NCBI GenBank assembly: GCA_963774265.1
Contig: CAVZDU010000010.1
Span: 32,001-96,000 of the forward strand
Source: an uncultured Chloroflexia bacterium
GTDB taxonomy: Bacteria; Chloroflexota; Anaerolineae; CG2-30-64-16
Length of the DNA stretch: 64,000 nucleotides
Reading direction: 5' to 3'
The position numbers were made by a program, and so were the translations under genes. Below, in pieces: positions 22,016 through 33,081 of this stretch. The notes under the pieces are model-generated. The model made no database searches. It saw nothing but the letters and a program-made list of their open reading frames with translations, and was not told the origin of the DNA. Position 1 is the first letter of the stretch. Each line of letters starts with the position of its first letter.

Positions 22016-22828
22016 GTGACTAGAATCAATGAATACCACCAGCCACCGAACCTCGTAGAGGCCCTGGCTTTGCTGGGTCGGAGCCATCCCATCACACGCC
22101 CCCTGGGCGGCGGCACGCACTATCGCCGGGGTTGCGGCTGGCCAGAGGCCGTTGTCGATTTGTCGGCCCTGAAACTCGACGGCGTCACACAAGGGGAAAA
22201 CGCATGGGCGATCGGGGCGACCGCGACGCTCGAACGGCTTGCGGCTGCCGAAGAGCTTCCCGCCGCGCTGCGCCGGGCTGCGCTCCGGCAGGCGCCGCGC
22301 AACAGCCGCCAGCGCGCAACGGTCGGCGGCGCGATTGCCACGAGGGACTCTGGCACGCTGCTCGTCTGTCTGCTTGCGCTCGATGCCCGGCTCATGGTGG
22401 AGCCCGCCAGCCGGCTCATTCCGCTTCAGTCATATCTGCAAGAGCCTGAGGAGAGCGGTCACCTGATCACCGCCTGTTTTCTTCCCAACGGACGCACGTG
22501 TGCATTCGAGGAGATCAGCCGGACGCCTTCAGACGCGCCGATCCTCGCCGTTGCGGTTGGGGCGGAAGTCGGAGCGACCGATTTGCGCGGCGTTCTAGCT
22601 GCCGCTGGCGGCGCGGACCAACCGGCTGCCGTAGTGCCCGGCGCCGTGCAATTTCTTCAAGCGGACGTTGACCACGAGATCGCTGCGTTGGCGGCGGCCA
22701 TGACTCAAGCGCCGTGGCGCGACGACGGGCGAGGCACTGCGGCATACCGCACGGCCATGACGCCTATCCTGTTGAGGCGTGCCATGGAGTCGCTTCTGGC
22801 CTCGCAGGAGGTGTCCCATGCAGGTTAA
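22016..22828 (+). CDS. FAD-binding subunit of a xanthine-dehydrogenase-family molybdoenzyme (YgfM/CoxM-like)
   Basis: YHQPPNLVEAL, LGGGT, IGATATL, RATVGG and DDGRGTAAYR. Directly upstream of the Mo subunit. Confidence 0.82.
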   Translation: MTRINEYHQPPNLVEALALLGRSHPITRPLGGGTHYRRGCGWPEAVVDLSALKLDGVTQGENAWAIGATATLERLAAAEELPAALRRAALRQAPRNSRQRATVGGAIATRDSGTLLVCLLALDARLMVEPASRLIPLQSYLQEPEESGHLITACFLPNGRTCAFEEISRTPSDAPILAVAVGAEVGATDLRGVLAAAGGADQPAAVVPGAVQFLQADVDHEIAALAAAMTQAPWRDDGRGTAAYRTAMTPILLRRAMESLLASQEVSHAG

Positions 22829-25800
22829 TGTTCATGTCAACGGCCAGCCGCTGGTGTTGGCCGGCGAACCCGGCATCACTCTGCTGGACGCACTGCGTGG
22901 AGCCGGTTTCTTCAGCGTCAAGCGCGGCTGCGACCATGGTGAGTGTGGCGCATGTGCGATATTGCTCGATGGCAAGCAGGTGAATTCGTGCCACGTATTG
23001 CTGGCCCAGGTCGATGGCTGCTGCATCCAGACCGCTGAGGGACTGGGTGAGGCCGCGGAGCAGGGATGGCGGCACACGGCCGGGCTACACCCGCTGCAAC
23101 AGGCATTTATCGAGTTGGGCGCGGTCCAGTGTGGCTACTGCACGCCGGCCCAATTGTTGGCAGCGCAGGCGTTGCTTGATCGTAAGGGCTATGGGGGAAC
23201 TGATCCGCAGCCGGTCAGCGAGGCCGAAGTGCGCGAGGCTCTGTCAGGTGTGCTCTGCCGCTGCACCGGCTACGCCAAACCGGTCGCGGCGGTGTTGAAG
23301 GCGGCCGCGCGTCTGCGCGGCGAAGAGCCACTGGCCGGCGGTGGCACGGCGCAGCCTAAGGATGCGGGCGGCATACCGGTTGCCCTCGATTTTGCAGGGG
23401 GCGAACCTCGCACCGAGGGCCTGCCCGGCCCTGAGCCGGCCCGGGGCGGCGTCATCACCCGGACGGAGGCGCCTCCCGTGCTGTTGGTTGCAGCCGTCAG
23501 CGAGGAGCTTCGCGTAGTCGGCAAGTCCGTCACAAAGGTCGACGCCGCCAAACTTAGCCAGGGCAAGCCGGCATTCACCGACGATCTCGAGATGCGCGGC
23601 ATGTTGATCGGCAAGATCATGCACAGCCCGGTGGCCCATGCGCGTATCAAGTCCATTGACGTCACGGCTGCACGTCAACTGCCTGGCGTAGCCGCTGTGC
23701 TAACGCATAAGGACTTGCCCCGCGTCGCCCACTCTACCGCCGGTCAAACGCATCCGCTGCCTTCTCCGCTGGATACGTTCTCGCTGGACGAGAAAGTGCG
23801 CTTCGTCGGCGACCGCGTGGCGCTCATTGCGGCCGAATCTGAAGAGATCGCTCTGGCCGCGATGGAGCTCATCCAGGTCGAGTACGAGGAGCTTCCCGCG
23901 ATCATCGACCCGCGCGATGCACTCAAGCCCGGCGCATCGATCATCCATGACGAGCCGGACTTTGTGGATTTCGCAGAATCGGATCGGACGCGCAATCTGG
24001 CTGCTCATATCTTCGTGGACATCGGGAACGTGGACCAGGGCTTTGCGGAGGCCGATCACATCTTCGAGGGCGAGTATTTCGTTCCAAAGGTGCAGCAGGC
24101 CTCCATCGAACCACACGTAGTCATCACCTATTGGGACGAGGACGACCGGTTGGTGGTCCGCACCTCCACGCAAGTGCCGTTCCATGCACGGCGCATCCTG
24201 GCGCCCATCCTGGGCCTGCCTGTCAAGCGCATCCGCGTCATCAAGCCTCGTGTCGGCGGTGGGTTCGGCGGCAAGCAGGAAGTGCTCATCGAAGACGCAG
24301 CCGCTCACTTGACCATCGCAACCGGCCGGCCCGTTCGCTTGGAGTATACGCGCGAGGAGGAATTCATCGCCGCGCGCTCTCGTCACCCGATGCGGGTGCG
24401 ACTCAAGACTGGTGTGACGGCGGATGGTGTGATCACGGCCAACGAGATGCACGTCCTTTCAGATACCGGCGCCTATGGGTCGCACGCAATGACGGTGGCC
24501 GGCAACACCGGACACAAGGCAATGGCTCTGTATGTCGGTGATGGCCCGTACCGGCAAAACCCCAATATCCGTTTCACGGCAGAGGTGGTTTATACGAATA
24601 CGGCGCCGTCCGGCGCATTTCGCGGTTACGGTGTGCCGCAGGGTTACTTCCCCTTGGACACACAGATGGAGCGCATTGCCCGGGCGCTCGAGATGGATCC
24701 GCTGGCGTTCCGCCTGAAGAACGCGGTGCGCGCGGGTGAGGCCCAGCCATTCTCCAAGGCATGGTCCGAAGGCCGTGAACCGGTGCCCGAGTATATCGAG
24801 ACGTGCGCCCTGGAAGAATGCGCGCATCGCGGGGCAGAGCTGATCGGGTGGCGCGAGAAGCGGGGAAACAGGAATTGGCACGCGGTGCCCGGCCGTCCCA
24901 ATTTGCGCCGCGGTGTCGGCGCCGCCTTGGCCATGCAGGGCACGGCCATCCCCTACATCGACATGGGCGGTGCGTCGCTCAAGATGAACGACGACGGCTC
25001 CTTCAACCTGCTTGCCGGCGCCACGGATATCGGCACCGGCTCAGATACGATATTGGCACAGATGGTCGCCGAGACGGTCGGTTGCAATGTCGAGGACATC
25101 GTCGTCTACTCATCGGACACTGACTTTACCCCCTTCGATGTTGGGGCGTATGCCTCGTCAACCACGTATGTCTCAGGCGCAGCCGCCACACGGGCCGCGC
25201 AACAAGTTGCCGAGCAGATTCGCGAAGTGGCAGCAGCATTGCTGGGAGGTGAAGTGACGCCCGCTGAGATCCGGTTGGCCGACCGCCGCGCCTGGGCGCC
25301 GGATGGGCACAGCGTCACGCTGGAAGACGTCGCTTTGCAGTCGCTGCACAAGGCCAATCAGCGCCAGATCATGGCCGTCGCCTCGTTCAATTCGCCCGTG
25401 TCTCCGCCGCCTTTCGCGGCCCAGTTTGCCGAGGTGACGGTCGACATCGAGACCGGCGAAGTTCGTGTGCAGAAGTTCGTCACCGTTATGGACTCCGGCG
25501 TAATCGTCAACCCGGTGGCCGCGACCGGCCAGGTGGAGGGCGCGGTGTCTCAGTCGCTCGGCTATGCCTTGTGCGAGGAGATGCCCTATGATAGTGCGGG
25601 CCGGCCTCTCATGCATGATCTGCGGGACTATCACATCTTCACCGCGGATGAGATGCCTGAACTCGTCACTGAGTTCGTGCCGACCGTCGAGCCCACGCAT
25701 CCATATGGTGTGAAAGCGGTGGGTGAAGTGCCCATGGATGGCGTGGGTCCGGCAATCGCTAACGCCATCTACGACGCAGTTGGCGCCTGGATCAACGAGT

Positions 25801-25850
25801 TGCCGGCCACGCCTGAGCGCGTGTGGCGCGCCATGCACGCAAGTTTTTGA
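22818..25850 (+). CDS. Xanthine-dehydrogenase-family molybdopterin oxidoreductase with fused 2x[2Fe-2S] domain (XdhD/YgfN-like)
   Basis: GCDHGECGAC...NSC and QCGYCTP...CRCTGY Fe-S motifs. VGGGFGGKQ, GAFRGYGVPQ, GAYASS, GQVEG and KAVGE (catalytic Glu) in the Mo domain. AGGAGG RBS. Confidence 0.93.
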   Translation: MQVNVHVNGQPLVLAGEPGITLLDALRGAGFFSVKRGCDHGECGACAILLDGKQVNSCHVLLAQVDGCCIQTAEGLGEAAEQGWRHTAGLHPLQQAFIELGAVQCGYCTPAQLLAAQALLDRKGYGGTDPQPVSEAEVREALSGVLCRCTGYAKPVAAVLKAAARLRGEEPLAGGGTAQPKDAGGIPVALDFAGGEPRTEGLPGPEPARGGVITRTEAPPVLLVAAVSEELRVVGKSVTKVDAAKLSQGKPAFTDDLEMRGMLIGKIMHSPVAHARIKSIDVTAARQLPGVAAVLTHKDLPRVAHSTAGQTHPLPSPLDTFSLDEKVRFVGDRVALIAAESEEIALAAMELIQVEYEELPAIIDPRDALKPGASIIHDEPDFVDFAESDRTRNLAAHIFVDIGNVDQGFAEADHIFEGEYFVPKVQQASIEPHVVITYWDEDDRLVVRTSTQVPFHARRILAPILGLPVKRIRVIKPRVGGGFGGKQEVLIEDAAAHLTIATGRPVRLEYTREEEFIAARSRHPMRVRLKTGVTADGVITANEMHVLSDTGAYGSHAMTVAGNTGHKAMALYVGDGPYRQNPNIRFTAEVVYTNTAPSGAFRGYGVPQGYFPLDTQMERIARALEMDPLAFRLKNAVRAGEAQPFSKAWSEGREPVPEYIETCALEECAHRGAELIGWREKRGNRNWHAVPGRPNLRRGVGAALAMQGTAIPYIDMGGASLKMNDDGSFNLLAGATDIGTGSDTILAQMVAETVGCNVEDIVVYSSDTDFTPFDVGAYASSTTYVSGAAATRAAQQVAEQIREVAAALLGGEVTPAEIRLADRRAWAPDGHSVTLEDVALQSLHKANQRQIMAVASFNSPVSPPPFAAQFAEVTVDIETGEVRVQKFVTVMDSGVIVNPVAATGQVEGAVSQSLGYALCEEMPYDSAGRPLMHDLRDYHIFTADEMPELVTEFVPTVEPTHPYGVKAVGEVPMDGVGPAIANAIYDAVGAWINELPATPERVWRAMHASF

Positions 25851-25856
25851 CATAAG

Positions 25857-25887
25857 GACCTTCGAGGTCTCCGAGACCTCGAAGGTC
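25857..25887. repeat. REP-like palindrome
   Basis: GACCTTCGAGGTCTC-C-GAGACCTCGAAGGTC, with 15-bp perfect arms. Confidence 0.8.
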
Positions 25888-25908
25888 TTCTCACAGGGGA
25901 CAGGTAGC

Positions 25909-27705
25909 GTGTATCGAATCGACATGGAGCCAATCGGCCGGCGCAGCGAGGTGATGCCCGGTCAAACGCTGTTGGATGCCGCCAGGCAGGGCGGCGTTGA
26001 TCTGACCGCGCTTTGCGGTGGCGAGGGCTGGTGCCACGGCTGCGAGGTGCGGGTCATTGAAGGCCAGCTATCTCCCGTGACGGCGTCTGAACAAGCGGCT
26101 CTGGGCGCGGAGCAACTCGCCCAGGGTTTTCGACTGGCGTGTCAGGCGGAACCGCTCGGCCATGTGAAGATCGACATCCCGCCTGAATCGTTGGCCACGC
26201 AGCAGCGGCTCCAGATCGAAGGGCAGGAGGCCGAGACCGCGGTCGATCCGGTGGTCCGGCAAGTTGATGTAACGGTTTCTGCTGCTACATTGCACGATCT
26301 GCGCGCCGACACGGTTCGCCTCCGGGAGGCACTGGATGAGGACGTTCGGTTTGCGTTGCCCGTGCTCCAGACTCTTTCACCCAAGCTGCGAGAGCAAGAC
26401 TGGACGGCTCGCTTGGCTGTGCGGGATGGCGAGGTCGTCGCTCTCGCACCGGCCGGTGTGCGGCTGCTCGGGTTGGCCGTCGACGTTGGCACGACAAAGC
26501 TGGCGGCATACCTGGTGGATCTGGAGACCGGCCGCACAGTCGCGAAAGGCGGCGCGCCGAACCCGCAAATCGCCTACGGCGAGGATGTCGTCAGCCGCAT
26601 CAGCTACACGATGACACACACCCACGGCGCAGAGACGCTACAGAGCCGTCTGATCGAGACGCTCAACGAGCTTGCCGAAAGCCTGTGCAGCCAGGCCGGG
26701 CGCACGACTCAGCACATCGTAGATGCCGTCATCGTGGGCAACACTGCGATGCAACATCTTTTTGCGCGGCTGCCTGCCAGCCAGCTTGCGTTGGCGCCGT
26801 ACGTGGCCGCGGCCAGTGAGGCGCTTTCCTTGCGAGCTTCGGAGCTCGGTCTGCATTTTGCCCCGGCGGCGTACGTCTACCTCCCTCCGAACATCGCAGG
26901 TTATGTTGGCGGTGATCACGTTGCCATGGCGTTGGGCACCCACGCGTGGGAGACTGTAAAGACCATCGCGGCGCTGGATATTGGCACCAACACCGAAGTC
27001 ACGGTGACGCGCGGCGGTCGCTCGTGGTGCTGTTCGTGTGCGTCGGGTCCTGCCTTTGAAGGGGCGCACATCCGTGATGGCATGCGCGCCGCGCCTGGCG
27101 CTATCGAAAAGGTGCGGTTTGCTGACGGCAAGGTGCACCTCAAGACCATCGATGGGCAGCCCCCGGTGGGCATCTGCGGTTCTGGCATCATGGATATCGT
27201 GAGTGAGCTCGTGCGGACAGGCACGATCGATCGCAAGGGCGCATTCCAGGCTGACGCACCGGGCGTAAGCCATGATGGCGCGCTGCTCGGCTTCAACCTT
27301 GCTCCTGCGGAGGCAACGGGACATGGCCGGGCGATCAGGGTGGACCGGAAGGACATCAACGAAATCCAGTTGGCGAAAGCCGCCATCCGCACCGGCGTAG
27401 AAATCCTGTTATCCGAGGCGGGGGCAACACACGACGACATCGACGCGTTCATTGTGGCTGGCGCGTTTGGCACCTATCTGGATCTGGACAGCAGCATCCG
27501 GGTGGGAATGTTCCCGCCGTTGCCGCTGCACAAATTCTCTCAGGTGGGCAATGCTGCCGGCACGGGCGCGCGCCAATTGCTCGTCTCGCGTGCGCGGCGG
27601 GCTGACGCAAGTCGGCTCGCGTCCCGCGTCACTTACGTGGAACTGACGATCCACCCGGATTTTTCAAAGCGCTACATGTCGGCGCTCTACTTCGCAAGGT
27701 CGTGA
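25909..27705 (+). CDS. ATP-dependent reductive activator of corrinoid proteins (RACo/RamA-like; N-terminal [2Fe-2S] plus ASKHA domain, DUF4445)
   Basis: CGGEGWCHGC...RLACQ ferredoxin domain, then DVGTT, NPQIAYGEDVVSRI, VGNTAM, GYVGGD, DIGTNTE, CASGPAFEG, GICGSG, QLAKAAI, AGAFG and GNAAG. Confidence 0.92.
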   Translation: MYRIDMEPIGRRSEVMPGQTLLDAARQGGVDLTALCGGEGWCHGCEVRVIEGQLSPVTASEQAALGAEQLAQGFRLACQAEPLGHVKIDIPPESLATQQRLQIEGQEAETAVDPVVRQVDVTVSAATLHDLRADTVRLREALDEDVRFALPVLQTLSPKLREQDWTARLAVRDGEVVALAPAGVRLLGLAVDVGTTKLAAYLVDLETGRTVAKGGAPNPQIAYGEDVVSRISYTMTHTHGAETLQSRLIETLNELAESLCSQAGRTTQHIVDAVIVGNTAMQHLFARLPASQLALAPYVAAASEALSLRASELGLHFAPAAYVYLPPNIAGYVGGDHVAMALGTHAWETVKTIAALDIGTNTEVTVTRGGRSWCCSCASGPAFEGAHIRDGMRAAPGAIEKVRFADGKVHLKTIDGQPPVGICGSGIMDIVSELVRTGTIDRKGAFQADAPGVSHDGALLGFNLAPAEATGHGRAIRVDRKDINEIQLAKAAIRTGVEILLSEAGATHDDIDAFIVAGAFGTYLDLDSSIRVGMFPPLPLHKFSQVGNAAGTGARQLLVSRARRADASRLASRVTYVELTIHPDFSKRYMSALYFARS

Positions 27706-27707
27706 GA

Positions 27708-29276
27708 ATGCCAGAGCTGATTCAGGCTGAAGTCCTCATTCTGGGTGCGGGGGTGGCAGGCGCGACGACAGCCCTGCGACTGGCCGACCACGGAGTTCGC
27801 GTAGTTGTCGCGACGCGGACGGAGGCCCCAGAGGAAAGCAACACGTACTACGCCCAGGGGGGCATCATCTATAAAGGCGTCGAGGATAGTCCGGCTCTGC
27901 TCGCGGAGGATATCCTGCGCGCCGGTGCTGGACACAGCTATCCGCCGGCAGCCAACCAGTTGTCAGAGGAAGGGCCTGCCGCGGTTGAGGAGGTCCTCCT
28001 CAACCGCGCCGGCGTGCAGTTCGACCGGACCGCAGATGGCGCGCTGTCGCTGGCGCGTGAGGGCGGGCACACTTTGCCCCGTATTCTCCACGTGGCCGAC
28101 CACACCGGGAAGGCGATCGAGATCGCCCTGGTGAGGGCGTTGTTGGACCATCCGAACATCGCTTTGCTGACGCAGCATACTGCGGTCGACCTGCTGACCC
28201 CCGCGCATCATGCCCAGAATCGCCTATGCGTATATGAACCCTTGTCATGCGTGGGTGCTTACCTTTTTGATCAGGTTTCCGGGGAGGTCAAGCGGGTCTT
28301 GGCGGCTAGGACCGTGCTCGCAACCGGCGGGTTGGGGCAGATCTTCCTTCGCACCTCCAACCCGGTGGGCGCGCGAGGTGACGGCGTGGCCATGGCGTGG
28401 AATGCAGGCGCGCGCCTTATCAATATGGAGTTCATTCAGTTCCACCCGACCACGTTCCATCAGGAGGGCGCGCCTAACTTCCTGATCTCTGAGGCGGTGC
28501 GCGGTGCCGGCGCGCGGCTGGTCAACGCAGCAGGCGAGCCATTTATGCAACGCTACGCCCCGGAGTGGAAGGACCTGGCGCCACGCGACATCGTCGCGCG
28601 CAGTATCCACCGCGAGATGTTTTCCAAGGGGCTCACGCACGTCTACCTGGACCTGCGCTCGTATATTCCGCAGGCGGAGATTGAATCTCACTTCCCGACC
28701 ATTGCCGAGAGTTGCATGCAGTACGGTGTGGACATCAAGCGCGATCTGGTCCCCGTAGTACCCGCGGCTCACTACTCGTGCGGCGGCGTGTGGACGGACG
28801 GATGGGGGCGCACGACACTGGAAAATCTGTACGCGGTGGGTGAGGTTTCGTGTACCGGCCTTCATGGCGCCAACCGGCTCGCGAGCACTTCGCTTCTGGA
28901 GGGGTTGGTCTGGGGTAGACGGGCGGCGGAAGACATCTTGCGCGTGTTGCCGGGAGGGTCGCTGCACCCTGTCGCCGACATTCCATCATGGCAGGATGCC
29001 GGGCTGGAAGTTCCAGATCCTGCACTCATCCATCAGGACATGAGCGCGATCAGGCACATCATGTGGAACTACGTAGGGCTGATCCGCACGACTGCTCGGC
29101 TGAATCGCGCGCTCAGCGAGTTACGCCACCTGGAGGGCGAGATCCTGCATTTCTACCGGCGCAGTAAACTGACCGACGAGCTCATCGGCCTGCGTCATGC
29201 TGTCCACACCGCGCTGATCGTCGCACAGGCGGCCTGGGAGAACAAGCAAAGCATGGGCGCGCACTATCGGGAGTGA
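27708..29276 (+). CDS. nadB: L-aspartate oxidase
   Basis: GAGVAG, SNTYYAQGGI, REGGH, HVADHTG, QFHPT, LISEAVRG, LAPRDIVAR, PAAHYSCGG, TGLHGANRLASTSLLEG and GAHYR. Confidence 0.95.
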   Translation: MPELIQAEVLILGAGVAGATTALRLADHGVRVVVATRTEAPEESNTYYAQGGIIYKGVEDSPALLAEDILRAGAGHSYPPAANQLSEEGPAAVEEVLLNRAGVQFDRTADGALSLAREGGHTLPRILHVADHTGKAIEIALVRALLDHPNIALLTQHTAVDLLTPAHHAQNRLCVYEPLSCVGAYLFDQVSGEVKRVLAARTVLATGGLGQIFLRTSNPVGARGDGVAMAWNAGARLINMEFIQFHPTTFHQEGAPNFLISEAVRGAGARLVNAAGEPFMQRYAPEWKDLAPRDIVARSIHREMFSKGLTHVYLDLRSYIPQAEIESHFPTIAESCMQYGVDIKRDLVPVVPAAHYSCGGVWTDGWGRTTLENLYAVGEVSCTGLHGANRLASTSLLEGLVWGRRAAEDILRVLPGGSLHPVADIPSWQDAGLEVPDPALIHQDMSAIRHIMWNYVGLIRTTARLNRALSELRHLEGEILHFYRRSKLTDELIGLRHAVHTALIVAQAAWENKQSMGAHYRE

Positions 29277-29282
29277 ACCGCG

Positions 29283-30281
29283 CTATTCCCGAATGATGCG
29301 AAGCGTTTCGTCCAGCCCTGCACACCAGAACTGACAGAGAGCCGACGTGCCGCTTTCCAGGATATTACCGCCGGCAATCCCTGCTGCGGGGAAGCCGGCG
29401 ATCCGTATAGCGCAGACACCAGCGCCCGAATCCTCGATGCCCAGTACGTGCTCGCGCTCGTCAAACGGGACGCCCAGACCGATGCGTGCGGCCTCTGCGT
29501 ATAGCCACGGATGCGGCTTGGGCGAAAGCTCGCCCAGCGTTCCAACCTCATGCCTGCGCAAGGGGAAGCCCGCCGTGATGATCGCATCATAGAAGTCTTT
29601 GGGATCACCCATGCCGAGCGTGTGAAATGCCGCCGCTATCTCCGGATACGCCTTTTCGTATAGTCCTGATGTCACCAGGGCGATCTTTATCCCTCGCTCC
29701 TTCAATTCCATCAAAAAATCCCTCAGACCAGGCGCAGGCACGAATGCGTCCAACCGTCCGCGCCCAGCCATAATCTGCTGCATCTCCCGTTGCGTGTGCT
29801 GGAAGTAGTATCCGCGCGCTTCCTCGAGCGTGCCCGTGGGCCAGTACTTGGCGATGCAGTACTGCAAGTGCTCAGAGACGCTGTGGCCCGAGACGAAGGG
29901 CAGGTCGGCTTCCTCAAGCCTGAATGATGGATCACCCGCAAGACTGGCCGTTGTCTGCTCGATAATCCAAACCCAAAAGGGTTCGCTGTGGACGCTGGTG
30001 CCGTCGAGGTCCATCAACACGGCCTTGATTGGCCGACGCAACTGGACGGGATGGAGCGGGTAGTAGGCCGGATAGCCCAGGGCCGAAGTGACGTGGGCGA
30101 GGGTGTGATCGTCAAAAGCGACCAATTCAACTTTGCGATCGCCGGTCGCATGGATAGAGACAACCCCGTGAGCGCCTGTCCGAAAACGGCCATCCGACGT
30201 CGCCGGCAGAGCGATTAGTCCGGAGTTCGGTTTCACACGTCCCAGCGCCGGTATTTCAATCACGTTACGCGGGTTGTTCAT
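29283..30281 (-). CDS. HAD-superfamily phosphatase (subfamily IA) with N-terminal extension
   Basis: MDLDGT, VTSG, KPHPWLY and IEDSGAG motifs I-IV. About 85 aa precede motif I. Confidence 0.85.
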   Translation of the reverse strand: MNNPRNVIEIPALGRVKPNSGLIALPATSDGRFRTGAHGVVSIHATGDRKVELVAFDDHTLAHVTSALGYPAYYPLHPVQLRRPIKAVLMDLDGTSVHSEPFWVWIIEQTTASLAGDPSFRLEEADLPFVSGHSVSEHLQYCIAKYWPTGTLEEARGYYFQHTQREMQQIMAGRGRLDAFVPAPGLRDFLMELKERGIKIALVTSGLYEKAYPEIAAAFHTLGMGDPKDFYDAIITAGFPLRRHEVGTLGELSPKPHPWLYAEAARIGLGVPFDEREHVLGIEDSGAGVCAIRIAGFPAAGIAGGNILESGTSALCQFWCAGLDETLRIIRE

Positions 30282-30291
30282 AGGTCGGGTC

Positions 30292-31626
30292 TCATGCCAT
30301 GTTTCTCAGCTTGGGGTACCGGAGCGCTACGAAAGCGCCGTAGGCCAGGGACATGAACGCGCCGATGGCGATGCTCAGGGCCGGTCCCAGCGCATCAGCC
30401 ACCAAGCCGGCCTGCAACCCACCCGCGCGCATAGAGACCTGGAACGTGAGCGTGTAAAGGCTCATCACCCGGCCGCGCAATTCGTTCGGCACGATTAGCT
30501 GGATCATAGTGTTCGCCAGCGAATTCTGCGCTACGAAACTCATACCAACTCCGATGAGCACCACGATCGAGAGTAGGAACGAGCGCGAAGCCGCAAACGC
30601 GAGGAGCAGCGCCGGAAAGAGCAGGTTGCCCAGCGTCAACAATGGTCCGCGTCGCCGGCTGTCCGGCAGTGAGGCTACCAGCAACGCGCCTGTGACCGCA
30701 CCAATCCCCACCGCGGTCAGCAGCATTCCCAGTGGCAGCGCCTCTGGCGCACGGCAGCGGAACGGTGCGCCTGGGTCGGTACAAAGGGCTGCTACAACAG
30801 GCGCAGCACTCTCCTTCAGCACTCGATCCGCCACGACAGGCATCAGGGTGTTATAGGGCATGGAGAGGAACGCGCTGACCGCAACCAGGCTGATGAGGAG
30901 CAGAATGGACTTGTTAGACATGACATAACGTACGCCTTCAATCATATGCCGGGTCACCGGCGCCGCCTTTGCAGCGTGCACGGTGGGCAGGTTTCGCATC
31001 ATCAGGAGGCTGATGATGACCGCCACAAAACTTAGCCCGTTGAGAAGGAATGCCGGTCCTTCGCCTACCGCAGCCACCAACGCGCCCGCCAGTGCAGGAC
31101 CCAATGCGCGTGCGCCGTTGAAAATGGCGGAGTTCAGGGCGATGGCATTGGTCAGGTCCGCCTTGCCGTCCACCATGTCAACGACAAAGGCCTGGCGTGC
31201 GGGGATGTCGATGGCCTGCGCCGCAGCCAGCAACAGCGCCATGAGGTAAACATGCCAAAGCTGCACTGCTCCCGTCCACGAGAGCAGCGCCAGGAGGAAG
31301 GCCTGGATCATCATAGCTGTCTGTGCGAGCAGAATCACCGTGCGACGCGGCATGCGGTCGGCAATCGAGCCGCCCCACAGGCCGAGCGGAATCACTGGGA
31401 TCAGCCCGATGGCAGTGACCACACCCAGCGCCACTGCAGAGCCGGTGAGCCGGTACACCAGCACTTGCTGGGCCATCGTTTGCATCCAGGTGCCAACGAG
31501 AGAAAGTCCCTGACCGACGAACCAGAGCCGGAAGTTGCGGTGGGCGAGCGCCCGGAACATGGGCGGTGACCGTCTGCCGGCAGGGTGCGGGGGTTGCGGC
31601 GCTGCATCGTGAGGTGGCAAAGTCAT
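30292..31626 (-). CDS. MFS transporter (MFS_3/DUF894-like)
   Basis: FRALAHRNFRLWFVGQ, GTWMQ, GSIADRMPRR, PARQAFV, NAIALNS and ELRGRVMSLY. The real start is near 31626 or 31560, not 32409. Confidence 0.88.
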   Translation of the reverse strand: MTLPPHDAAPQPPHPAGRRSPPMFRALAHRNFRLWFVGQGLSLVGTWMQTMAQQVLVYRLTGSAVALGVVTAIGLIPVIPLGLWGGSIADRMPRRTVILLAQTAMMIQAFLLALLSWTGAVQLWHVYLMALLLAAAQAIDIPARQAFVVDMVDGKADLTNAIALNSAIFNGARALGPALAGALVAAVGEGPAFLLNGLSFVAVIISLLMMRNLPTVHAAKAAPVTRHMIEGVRYVMSNKSILLLISLVAVSAFLSMPYNTLMPVVADRVLKESAAPVVAALCTDPGAPFRCRAPEALPLGMLLTAVGIGAVTGALLVASLPDSRRRGPLLTLGNLLFPALLLAFAASRSFLLSIVVLIGVGMSFVAQNSLANTMIQLIVPNELRGRVMSLYTLTFQVSMRAGGLQAGLVADALGPALSIAIGAFMSLAYGAFVALRYPKLRNMA

Positions 31627-31710
31627 GTCCGCGATTATAGTCGAAAACACAAAATGGCGGAACATGTGCATCACGACACACTCGGTGGTATCATGCAGTT
31701 CCAATGATGA

Positions 31711-33063
<1,353 letters not shown>

Positions 33064-33081
33064 AGACCGACGGAGGAAAAT

